64,000 nt of DNA, taken from NCBI GenBank assembly GCA_016291085.1, contig JAEEVW010000001.1, positions 64,094 through 128,093 of the forward strand, written 5' to 3'. The position numbers and the translations under genes were made by a program. Origin of the DNA: Prevotella sp. Its GTDB lineage: Bacteria > Bacteroidota > Bacteroidia > Bacteroidales > Bacteroidaceae. A model generated the notes under the pieces. It saw only the letters and a list, made by a program, of their open reading frames with translations. It did not search any database and had not been told where the DNA came from. Positions 24,286 to 32,495 of the stretch are shown piece by piece (positions within the stretch are counted from its first letter, which is position 1; the number at the start of each line of letters is the position of its first letter).

Positions 24286-24467
24286 TTAAGTAATCATCAT
24301 CTGTCGCCCGCTCTCTGTCATCAAGCTCTTCGCCACAGGCAAACTGTCTTCGCTCACGCGCCCAAGTCTCTGGCCATGTGCGATGGCCATAATGCAGTGG
24401 GATTATATCGATTTGAGGGTTCAAGAGAGAGTACCATACGAGGCCTTTCGGGATTAGAAATCCCTGC
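24286..24467 (-). pseudogene. Frameshifted HIRAN-domain remnant
   Basis: MVLSLEPSNRYNPTA / frameshift / IMAIAHGQRLGRVSEDSLPVAKSLMTESG resembles the HIRAN pattern EP.N.YD..AI....G.KLGYV. Confidence 0.5.
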
Positions 24468-24520
24468 CTAAAGTGGAAATTCGGCTCGCCTTCCTATGGC
24501 ATACTTCGGGGTTAGTGTTT

Positions 24521-24660
24521 TTATATATATATAAGAATAAAAAGAAAAAACTATGCCCCATGTGCCCCAATCTCTGGGAATCCCTTTGTACAAAGGGTGC
24601 TTTTGGGGGCTATGTTTGCTAAAAACTATGCCCCAACCCCGCCCCAACAGTGCCCCTTAC
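24521..24660. other. Origin-like block: (TA)n tract, GCCCC iterons, 16-bp palindrome
   Basis: tatatatata; CTATGCCCCA x2 plus further GCCCC copies; CCCTTTGTACAAAGGG perfect palindrome. Confidence 0.45.
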
Positions 24661-24687
24661 AAAAACTTGATGTTAGCTTTTGCGTAT

Positions 24688-24744
24688 ACGCGAACGGTCG
24701 TTTGGGCTAACGCGCACGGTTGTTTGGGCTAACGCGAACGGTTG
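24688..24744. repeat. 22-nt tandem repeat (2.6 copies)
   Basis: acgcgaacggtcgtttgggcta / acgcgcacggttgtttgggcta / acgcgaacggttg. Confidence 0.85.
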
Positions 24745-25012
24745 CGAGAAGGCTTCTCAGTCCCTCCCACAACGGCTTTTGCACCCTACACGGACGGGGA
24801 TTGTACTCTGTAAGGAACTATCTGAACAAAAAGCGGGTGGCAACGTGTAGGCATATACCCGTTCGCGAATGAAGTAGGGGTACTTGCAGTCCCCCGAGGT
24901 AGCAAAACGTAATTCTGTACGGCCATTAACCGAGAATTCCTGCGACAGGGTGCTAGCCCGGTTTATGCTCCGTGCGGAGTTCGCAACGCCACACTCTGAC
25001 CCCCGGTCAGAG
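24741..25012. ncRNA. Candidate large structured non-coding RNA
   Basis: Closing stem GTTGCGA (24741-47)/TCGCAAC (24981-87), long-range CCTACACG/CGTGTAGG and GCACCCT/AGGGTGC pairs, several local hairpins, terminal CTCTGACC-ccc-GGTCAGAG. Confidence 0.5.
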
Positions 25013-25074
25013 AATTTCTCTGCGCCGTCCTTAGAAAAACTCAAATAAATTTGACCGTTGGTCAATTTTATCGC

Positions 25075-25245
25075 AACTCAGCAAACGAAATGCAAGCATT
25101 TCTTTGCATTCGCTGCTCTAAAATTTGGTTTTCGTTCGGTTTACACTATCTTTCTCCTTTGGAGAAGATAGGCTGCACCTCGAAAATGAAAATAAATTGA
25201 GATTTATTTTGCATTTTGCTCGGTTTACACTATCTTTGCAAACGA
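25075..25245 (+). repeat. Hairpin-rich promoter-carrying element with 18-nt direct repeat
   Basis: TCGGTTTACACTATCTTT at ~25137 and ~25220; hairpins GAAATGC/GCATTTC and AAAATAAAT/ATTTATTTT; ends in TATCTTTG box 25231-25238. Confidence 0.55.
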
Positions 25246-25294
25246 ATTAATCAATATCGACATGATGACGAAGGAATTTAATTAATATTTGCAT

Positions 25295-25963
25295 ATGATG
25301 AAAAGAACAATTCTTACTTTCGTTGTGGGCGTGCTGTGGTGTGGCATGACGGCGTCGGCACAATGGCGCATCGGTGTCACGGGAGGTGCGACGTACAACG
25401 TATTCTCGATGGATAAACAGTATCTGACCGACTACCAGATTGACGGTCGGTGGGGTTTCACTGCGGGCGTCTCAGGACAGTATGACATCAACAACTGGCT
25501 GGCCGTGCGGGCCGACCTGAACTGGACGCAGAAGAACTATCGCAAGCACCGCGCGATTCTGGACATGATGGACTATAAATACCAGAACAACTACGTGCAG
25601 CTGCCCGTCATGGCATCGTTCAGCGTGGGTGGTCAGAAACTGCGTGGATTCTGCAACCTCGGTGTGTATGGCGGCTATTGGCTGAACAGCTATTACAAAG
25701 GCAGCGACTTTAACAATTTCGGGGAGTATCTGTATTCCTTTTCTTACAAACAGGAATTCAACTCTGACAGGGACCAGCGTCTGGACTTCGGTCTGCTGGG
25801 AGGTCTGGGCGTGGAATATCGCTTCGCACCGCATTGGGCAGCACAGGCCGAGGTGCGCTACTACTACAGCACCGTCAGCACTACGAAGCAGTATATGCGG
25901 GTGAAGGACTATCGCTACAACGCCACAACGGCCATACAACTGGGAGCGTACTATGTTTTTTAA
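25295..25963 (+). CDS. Outer-membrane beta-barrel (PorT/porin family) protein
   Basis: Signal peptide (..ASA), alternating beta strands, terminal YYVF. Confidence 0.85.
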   Translation: MMKRTILTFVVGVLWCGMTASAQWRIGVTGGATYNVFSMDKQYLTDYQIDGRWGFTAGVSGQYDINNWLAVRADLNWTQKNYRKHRAILDMMDYKYQNNYVQLPVMASFSVGGQKLRGFCNLGVYGGYWLNSYYKGSDFNNFGEYLYSFSYKQEFNSDRDQRLDFGLLGGLGVEYRFAPHWAAQAEVRYYYSTVSTTKQYMRVKDYRYNATTAIQLGAYYVF

Positions 25964-25977
25964 GTGAAAAGTGAAAA

Positions 25978-27561
25978 ATGAAGATGAAACACAAGATATT
26001 TTCCATGATAGGAGCGGGGCTCCTGCTGGCGAGCACTTGGTCGTGTCGTCAGGACAGCGACCTGCTGTCGGCTTATGACCACAAAGACAACTTGGTGTTT
26101 GCTGCGGCTGACACATCGTTTGCCGCCAAGTTCAATATTATATGGAATGGCATGAACCAGAATTACTGCCTCTGGGACTACGAGCGCGAGTACGGAATGG
26201 ACTGGGATGCCGTTTACGACGAGTATTACCCTCAGTTTGCGGCCCTCGACAAGCGCGACTCCGTGCCTGACGACGAGTTGAAAGACCTGATGCAGAAGAT
26301 GCTCAGCCCGTTGCACGACCACCATATGCATATTGATGTGAAAAATCACAAGACGGGTCATACGGTGGTTTATATGCCCGGCCTGGAAAGAAATGCATCG
26401 CGCGACGATTATATGATTGCTGCGAAGAACAAGCCTTCACTGCGGTATTACGCCAATGTGACCAATGGCGAGGTGGAGACCGATGCCGACGGCAACGCCA
26501 TTGCGATGCAATATTCCACCGCGCTGAGCGACCTGATTACCGCGTTTGCGCAAACGCCGGGCATAGGTTTTCTGTGGATTAAAGCCAGGATTCAGGAGTT
26601 GCAGGACAAACCGTCGCGCACGGAGTTGGAGGACTTCCAGTTGCAACAGCTAAACGACCTGCTTAAATCGATTATGCTGGTGGGTAACACCCTTCAGGGG
26701 CAGACCCTCATCAACGCTTGGAACAGTCTGCAGTCGAAGTACAGCTTCCTCAATGTCCCCGGATTCGATTATATCGATCCTGGTTTCGATGAGAAGGGCA
26801 TCGGTATTCATTTCGCCCTGCTGAAGGGGAACATCGTTTATCTCTACATCAGCGGGTTCGCGCTGACGCCCTATCTGAACGAAGAATACAGTGCGAAAGT
26901 CTTCGGCATGAGCCATCCGACTACCCAGCAGCGTGTTGCACTGGTGAAACAGGTGTGGCAGGCATGGTTCGACATCGTTCAGCAACTGAACAAGAGCGGC
27001 CAGCTCTCGGGCGTCATCCTCGATGTGCGCGGCAATATGGGTGGCATGGTCAACGACATGCAATACTTCGTCGGGGCCCTGACGCCATCGGGTGGCCACC
27101 AATATGGCTACCAGCGCTACAAGCGTGGCAGTGGCCGTTACGACTACTCGCCGCTGATGCCTGCTATCTGTTGCACGATGAGCGATCCCCACGAAATCAT
27201 CGAAAAGCCCATCGTCATCCTGACCAACTGTCTGTCCGTCAGTATGTCTGAAATGTCGACAAGGTTCATTCACGACCTGTCGAACGGCACGCATATCGGT
27301 AAGCGCACCTGGGGCGGTGAGTGTCCGCTGGCTACCAACGACGATAATTCCTACAACTATTCCGGGCACTTCGGTGTGGATGGTGTCACTGCCGTCTATG
27401 GCTATATACCTACGGTGGCCAGCTTCAGTAACGACAAGAAAATCGAAGAGGGCCAGGGCATCATGCCCGACATCGAGGTGGATCTGGACGAGGCGCTGTT
27501 CAATGCCACAGGTCAGGACACCCAGCTCGACCGCGCCCTGCAGTTTATCCGTAATCATTAG
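25978..27561 (+). CDS. S41-family peptidase lipoprotein
   Basis: Lipobox TWSC; ILDVRGNMGG; SVSMSE (SAAE-like); GIMPDIEV; QLDRAL. Confidence 0.85.
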   Translation: MKMKHKIFSMIGAGLLLASTWSCRQDSDLLSAYDHKDNLVFAAADTSFAAKFNIIWNGMNQNYCLWDYEREYGMDWDAVYDEYYPQFAALDKRDSVPDDELKDLMQKMLSPLHDHHMHIDVKNHKTGHTVVYMPGLERNASRDDYMIAAKNKPSLRYYANVTNGEVETDADGNAIAMQYSTALSDLITAFAQTPGIGFLWIKARIQELQDKPSRTELEDFQLQQLNDLLKSIMLVGNTLQGQTLINAWNSLQSKYSFLNVPGFDYIDPGFDEKGIGIHFALLKGNIVYLYISGFALTPYLNEEYSAKVFGMSHPTTQQRVALVKQVWQAWFDIVQQLNKSGQLSGVILDVRGNMGGMVNDMQYFVGALTPSGGHQYGYQRYKRGSGRYDYSPLMPAICCTMSDPHEIIEKPIVILTNCLSVSMSEMSTRFIHDLSNGTHIGKRTWGGECPLATNDDNSYNYSGHFGVDGVTAVYGYIPTVASFSNDKKIEEGQGIMPDIEVDLDEALFNATGQDTQLDRALQFIRNH

Positions 27562-27594
27562 ATGTAACTAACAACTTATAACAACTGACAACAA

Positions 27595-28908
27595 ATGACT
27601 AAAAGACCTATTGTGCGTGTAGCGTGGATGTTGTTGCTGCTGATGACGGCAACGATGGCGTGGGGCCAGAATCTGGCAGTGATGGACCAGCTGAAGGCTG
27701 ATCCGAGACGTGGATACGGTAACGACTATCCGTATCGGCAAACCGACGACGTGAAACTCACCAAGGCCCCGAAGGGCTATTGGGCGTTTTATATCAGCCA
27801 CTATGCGCGTCACGGCTCGCGGTATTATTGGAATGCGATGATGTATAGGGAGGTGGACTCGCTGCTGAAGGTGGCTCATGAGAAGCAGTTGCTGACGCCT
27901 GCCGGTGAGGCGTTCCGTGAGAAGTTCATGGCGGCCAAGGGCGAGCTGCAGGCGGGTGTGAGCGAACTGTCGGAACTGGGCTGGCAACAGCACCAGGGCA
28001 TTGCCCGCACTATGTATAACAACTTCCCTGAGGTGTTTAAAAAGGGTGGTAACGTGCTGGCCGTCTCGTCGCTGGCTGGGCGTTGCGTCATCAGCATGGC
28101 GGCATTCTGTCAGGAACTGGTGCAGTGTAACCCGAAGCTGGAAATCAGGGAACAGTCGTCGCGCATGACGCTGGACGGTGTGGTGCCTACCGACGGACAG
28201 AATCCTGTGAAGCATCACTACCCCAAGGGTCTGAAGCCCCGCTACGAGCAACATCGCGACCAGTTCAAGGAGGTCAACGTGCTGAGGGACCGCATCGCAC
28301 AGCGCATGTTTACCAGCACCGAGGGACTGCCGGGCCGTCTGCACCACATCACCAGCAATATGATCAACCTCTACACCTCGCTGCCCAGCATCGGTCATGA
28401 GGGCATGATGGGTAACATCATTACCGACGAGGAGATTGCGGCAGAGTGGGAAGGCGGCAACCTGGGGTCGTACTCGTGGGTGTTCGGACCGCACGTGCAG
28501 ATGATTCCCATCGTCGAGGATATTATCCGCAAGGCCGATGCTGTGCTCAATGGCTCGAGCGATCATGTGGCCGATCTGCGATTTGGACACGACACCTGTC
28601 TGGGTCCGCTGACGGTGCTGATGGGCATCAACGGTGCTGACAAGGACCCCGAGGACCCCAACGAGGTGAAGTACTACTACCAGAACTGGGAGACCTGCAA
28701 GGCCAGCAACATCCAGCTGGTATTTTACGCCCCCAAGAAAACTCTAAACTCTAAACGCTTAACTCTAAACTCTAACGACATTCTGGTGAAGTGCCTGCTG
28801 AACGGCGAGGAGGCTACACTGCCCGTGCCCACCGACAGCTATCCTTATTATAAATGGAGCGACTTCAAGAAGTTCTACACAGAGCGTTTTGCACAATATA
28901 AGCAATGA
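27595..28908 (+). CDS. Exported histidine acid phosphatase
   Basis: ARHGSRY, RFGHD; signal peptide. Confidence 0.88.
   Translation: MTKRPIVRVAWMLLLLMTATMAWGQNLAVMDQLKADPRRGYGNDYPYRQTDDVKLTKAPKGYWAFYISHYARHGSRYYWNAMMYREVDSLLKVAHEKQLLTPAGEAFREKFMAAKGELQAGVSELSELGWQQHQGIARTMYNNFPEVFKKGGNVLAVSSLAGRCVISMAAFCQELVQCNPKLEIREQSSRMTLDGVVPTDGQNPVKHHYPKGLKPRYEQHRDQFKEVNVLRDRIAQRMFTSTEGLPGRLHHITSNMINLYTSLPSIGHEGMMGNIITDEEIAAEWEGGNLGSYSWVFGPHVQMIPIVEDIIRKADAVLNGSSDHVADLRFGHDTCLGPLTVLMGINGADKDPEDPNEVKYYYQNWETCKASNIQLVFYAPKKTLNSKRLTLNSNDILVKCLLNGEEATLPVPTDSYPYYKWSDFKKFYTERFAQYKQ
28738..28774. repeat. Heptamer run (CTCTAAA) in frame in the phosphatase
   Basis: aaactctaaactctaaacgcttaactctaaactctaac; encodes KTLNSKRLTLNSN. 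Confidence 0.85.
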
Positions 28909-29813
28909 TGAAAGAATATAGAAATGTTCAACGTTCTTTGACCGAGGTCAAAGCGACTACGTCGATTACATCGTTCTTGCTGCTGGGGCTGACAGCCCTG
29001 ATGCTGGCCTGTCAGGGCAACAAGGGCGGGGAAGCCGCTATCCAGGAGGACGGGCTCTTTGATGCCGAGGCGCGTGCGGAGTCCTTGGCACCTGAGGAGA
29101 AGGCGGCGGTCAAGAAAGCCAAGGTGGTCAGGCTGTACGAGATTCCTGCCCCGCTGAAGGACCGCCCGGAGCAGATCCTGCACAGAAAAGGCTATACGAC
29201 ATCGTATAACAGCCAGACGAAGACGCCCAACTGGGTGGCATGGCACCTGACGAAGGCGCACACCTATGGTTCCAACCAGCGCAGCAACGAAGTGTTCATG
29301 GAGGACAGTGACGTGAAGACTCCACGAGCTACCGACAACGACTACTATAATTCGCGCTGCGACCGTGGTCACATGTGTCCTGCAGGCGACAACAAGTGGG
29401 ACAAGCAGGCTATGGCGCAGTCGTTTCTCTTTACCAATGTCTGTCCGCAAAACCATGGGCTGAACAAATACGAATGGAACGACGTGGAGATGCTCTGTCG
29501 CGACTGGGCCCGTGAGTATGGTGCCATCGACATCGTCTGCGGACCGGTCTATAAGTCCTCGGGCGAGCAGAAAACCATCGGCAAGAACAAGGTGTGGGTG
29601 CCCGAAGCCTTCTTCAAGGTCGTTCTGTGCCGACAGGGCAAGGCGAAAGCCATTGGTTTCCTGTATCGCAACGAAGGCAAAAAACAGCCCATGGCCGATG
29701 CGGTGCGTACCGTAGACGAAATAGAACGCCTAACGGGCCTCGATTTCTTCCCCGAACTCGACGACGCCACAGAGGATCGTATCGAGGCGACGGCTACGCT
29801 GTCAGACTGGTGA
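28905..29813 (+). CDS. DNA/RNA non-specific endonuclease (NucA/EndoG family), probable lipoprotein
   Basis: DRGHMCPA, NVCPQ, W..VE; LMLAC lipobox. Confidence 0.92.
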   Translation: MMKEYRNVQRSLTEVKATTSITSFLLLGLTALMLACQGNKGGEAAIQEDGLFDAEARAESLAPEEKAAVKKAKVVRLYEIPAPLKDRPEQILHRKGYTTSYNSQTKTPNWVAWHLTKAHTYGSNQRSNEVFMEDSDVKTPRATDNDYYNSRCDRGHMCPAGDNKWDKQAMAQSFLFTNVCPQNHGLNKYEWNDVEMLCRDWAREYGAIDIVCGPVYKSSGEQKTIGKNKVWVPEAFFKVVLCRQGKAKAIGFLYRNEGKKQPMADAVRTVDEIERLTGLDFFPELDDATEDRIEATATLSDW

Positions 29814-30345
29814 ACTGCATTTCCCTTTGCAGACTGGTGAACTGCTGGCGGACGGCCTTGCGGGCTTGTCCGAGGCGGTTTTCCACCTGTTTGTAGGGCA
29901 GGGAGAGTTGTTGGGCGATGTCGCTGACCTTCAGACCGTCGTAGATGTGGAGACGATAGACGCGTCCGCAGGCTTCGGGCAGTCGGGCCAGTGTGCGCTC
30001 CATGCGTTCCATAAGCATACGGGCGTTGATGATGGATTCTGTAGTGTCGTCAGCCATCAGACCTCTGACGTCAGACTTCTGAATGTAGTGTTCGTATTCG
30101 TCCCTGACACGTCGACGACGGTAGTAGTCGGCAATGCAGTGGCGCGCCATGGTATAGGTGAGGCAGGGCAAGGTAATAGGAGTAATGAGCTGATGCCCAC
30201 GGAGCAGACGGATGAACAGATCCTGTACCATATCCTCTGCCTCGCAGGCATCAGCTATGCGCAACGCGATGAAATCGACGATTTCACCGCGATGCTGAGC
30301 ATAATAGTTTGAAATAATAAGTTGTTGATTAGTCATTTTGCTCAC
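29794..30345 (-). CDS. ECF RNA polymerase sigma factor
   Basis: AEDMVQDLFIRL (region 2); LARLPEACGRVYRL..YDGLKVSDIAQQL (region 4); ATGA overlap with GH43. Confidence 0.9.
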   Translation of the reverse strand: MSKMTNQQLIISNYYAQHRGEIVDFIALRIADACEAEDMVQDLFIRLLRGHQLITPITLPCLTYTMARHCIADYYRRRRVRDEYEHYIQKSDVRGLMADDTTESIINARMLMERMERTLARLPEACGRVYRLHIYDGLKVSDIAQQLSLPYKQVENRLGQARKAVRQQFTSLQREMQFTSLTA

Positions 30346-31379
30346 TCATTCACCACCTTTTGGATGGTGCCGTCCTCGTTGTAGAACAGGCGCTGCACCT
30401 TCAGCGAACGCAGGTGGGTGATGTCGTTCGAGGGTACGCAGTCGTGATAGCACAGATACCACTGGCCCTTGTACTCGACGATGGAGTGGTGGGTGGTCCA
30501 GCCTACGACGGGATCGAGGATGACACCTTGATAGCGGAAGGGACCATAGGGGTTGTCGCCGATGGCGTAGCACAGGAAGTGGCTGTCGCCAGTGGAGTAA
30601 GAGAAATAGTACTTGCCGTTGTACTTGTGCATCCATGAAGCCTCGAAGAAGCGGTGGGGGTCGCCGGCCTTCATGGGTTCGCCATTCTCGTCGAGAACGA
30701 CCACATCACGAGGAGCCTCGGCAAACTGCAGCACATCGTCGCTCATGCGTACCACACAGCTGGGAATGGCAGGATTGTTGGCAGTGGTGAAGAGCTCACC
30801 CTTGTGGTCGGGGGCTGCACCAAGGTCGATGAGGCCATTCTGGTCGCCATACTTGCCAAAGACGGGAGCCAGACCGTTAGGCAGCGGATGCCACCACTGG
30901 AGCTGTCCGCCCCAAAGTCCGCCAAAGTAGCAGTAAATCTGTCCGTCGTCATCCTTGAACACGCAGGGGTCGATAGAGAACGAGCCGCGGATGGGCTTAT
31001 CCTGAGGAACGAACGGACCTTCGGGCTTGTCGGCTACAGCCACACCCAGACGGAACACACCGTCATAGGCCTTGGCAGAGAAGATGAGGTAGTACTTGCC
31101 GTCCTTCTCGACGCAGTCGTTGTCCCACATCTGCTTCTCGGCCCAGGGCACATCCTTCACGTCGAGGATTACACCATGGTCGGTGACTTCACCATTTTCA
31201 ATATCGTCCCACGACAGTACGTGGTAGTCCTTCATCTGGAAGTGACCGCCATCGTCGTCAAAGCACTCGCCGGCATCCCAGTCGTGGCTGGGGTAGATGT
31301 AGAAGCGGCCGTTGAACACATTGGCTGAGGGGTCAGCCATATAGTCACTAGGAAAAAGATAACGAGGTAGTTTTGCCAT
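30342..31379 (-). CDS. GH43 beta-xylosidase/arabinofuranosidase (XynB-like)
   Basis: ADPS, YPSHD, SIDPCVF, FFEASW, WTTHHSI. Confidence 0.93.
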   Translation of the reverse strand: MAKLPRYLFPSDYMADPSANVFNGRFYIYPSHDWDAGECFDDDGGHFQMKDYHVLSWDDIENGEVTDHGVILDVKDVPWAEKQMWDNDCVEKDGKYYLIFSAKAYDGVFRLGVAVADKPEGPFVPQDKPIRGSFSIDPCVFKDDDGQIYCYFGGLWGGQLQWWHPLPNGLAPVFGKYGDQNGLIDLGAAPDHKGELFTTANNPAIPSCVVRMSDDVLQFAEAPRDVVVLDENGEPMKAGDPHRFFEASWMHKYNGKYYFSYSTGDSHFLCYAIGDNPYGPFRYQGVILDPVVGWTTHHSIVEYKGQWYLCYHDCVPSNDITHLRSLKVQRLFYNEDGTIQKVVNE

Positions 31380-31388
31380 AATAATAAG

Positions 31389-32489
31389 TTATTTATAAAG
31401 ATTGATAATTTCGTCGACAACAGGCTTCTCTTTGTACTGTCGGTCGAAGAGCAGCGGATAGTTGGTACGTCCCTTGATGGGCCAGCCGTTAAGCCATGAG
31501 CCACCATCGCTGACACCCCACAGATTAATGCGCGAGATTTGCGAGCGGTGCTTATAATAAATCTTAAATAGCTCCATCCAGCGCAGCTCCACTTCCCTGG
31601 CCTTAGCGATTGTAAGTCCGTTAACATAAGGATTATATTTCTTCTGCAACTCAAAGTTCTGGGCGATATCAGCACCACCGAAACCCTCTGGGTTGGGAAG
31701 CACGTTGAGATCGAGCTCAGTCATCATGACCTTCACGCCACAGGCTGCAAAGGCATCGATGCTCTTCTCGTATTCGTTCAAATCAGGATAGTCCAGACCA
31801 TTATGGCTCTGCATGCCCACACCATCGATGCGCAGACCCTTGGCCTTCAGGTTCTTTACCAGACGGCATACGGCTTCGCGCTTCATGGCACCAGCCATCG
31901 AATAGTCGTTGTAGTAGAGCTCGGCATCGGGGTCAGCCTCATGAGCAGTACGGAAAGCTATCTCGATGAATTCCTCGCCTAACAGCCGGTAGTATGGGGA
32001 GTTGCGGAACGAGCCGTCGTCGTTGATAGCTTCGTTGACGACATCCCAACCGTGTATCTGACCCTTGTAGTGTCCCACAACGGTCTTGATATGTTTGATG
32101 AGGCGTTCTTTCAGCACTTCCTTCGAGGCAGGAGAGGCTGTGTAGCCATTGGTGAACCACCAGTCAGGGGCCTGCGAGTGCCACACCAGGCAGTGGCCGA
32201 TAATCTTCAGGTTGTGCTGTTGACAGTAGTTGACGAACTTGTCAGCTGTGCGGAAGTCGAAAATGCCTTCAGCAGGGGCCAGCGATTCGGGTTTCATGCA
32301 GTTCTCAGCGACAGCACAGTTGAAGTGCTTGTCGATTACGACATCAGCCTCGGGCACCTGTCCGTCGCTCTGCCACTGGTTGATAGCAGCACCGATGAGG
32401 CAGTACTTGCCCATGGCGTCCTTCAACCCTTGGGCATTGGCGGTGACCATACAGCCTACCGCCATTATGCTGATGAGTAGTTTCCTCAT
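31389..32489 (-). CDS. GH10 endo-1,4-beta-xylanase (XynA-like)
   Basis: ENCMK, GHCLVWHSQ, WDVVNEA, YYNDY, GMQSH, TELD. Confidence 0.96.
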   Translation of the reverse strand: MRKLLISIMAVGCMVTANAQGLKDAMGKYCLIGAAINQWQSDGQVPEADVVIDKHFNCAVAENCMKPESLAPAEGIFDFRTADKFVNYCQQHNLKIIGHCLVWHSQAPDWWFTNGYTASPASKEVLKERLIKHIKTVVGHYKGQIHGWDVVNEAINDDGSFRNSPYYRLLGEEFIEIAFRTAHEADPDAELYYNDYSMAGAMKREAVCRLVKNLKAKGLRIDGVGMQSHNGLDYPDLNEYEKSIDAFAACGVKVMMTELDLNVLPNPEGFGGADIAQNFELQKKYNPYVNGLTIAKAREVELRWMELFKIYYKHRSQISRINLWGVSDGGSWLNGWPIKGRTNYPLLFDRQYKEKPVVDEIINLYK

Positions 32490-32495
32490 AAGGGT

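Noticed and set aside
24688-24744. 22-nt repeats as a CRISPR array (also 46091-46157)
   Set aside because: Units are contiguous with no unique spacers and no cas genes
24741-25012. tmRNA, RNase P RNA or group II intron
   Set aside because: Lacks tRNA-like ends and tag, GAGGAAAGUCC, and GUGCG/domain V signatures
24757-25065. 102-aa minus-strand ORF
   Set aside because: TTG start, no family motifs, coincides with dense base-pairing; more likely the shadow of a structured RNA
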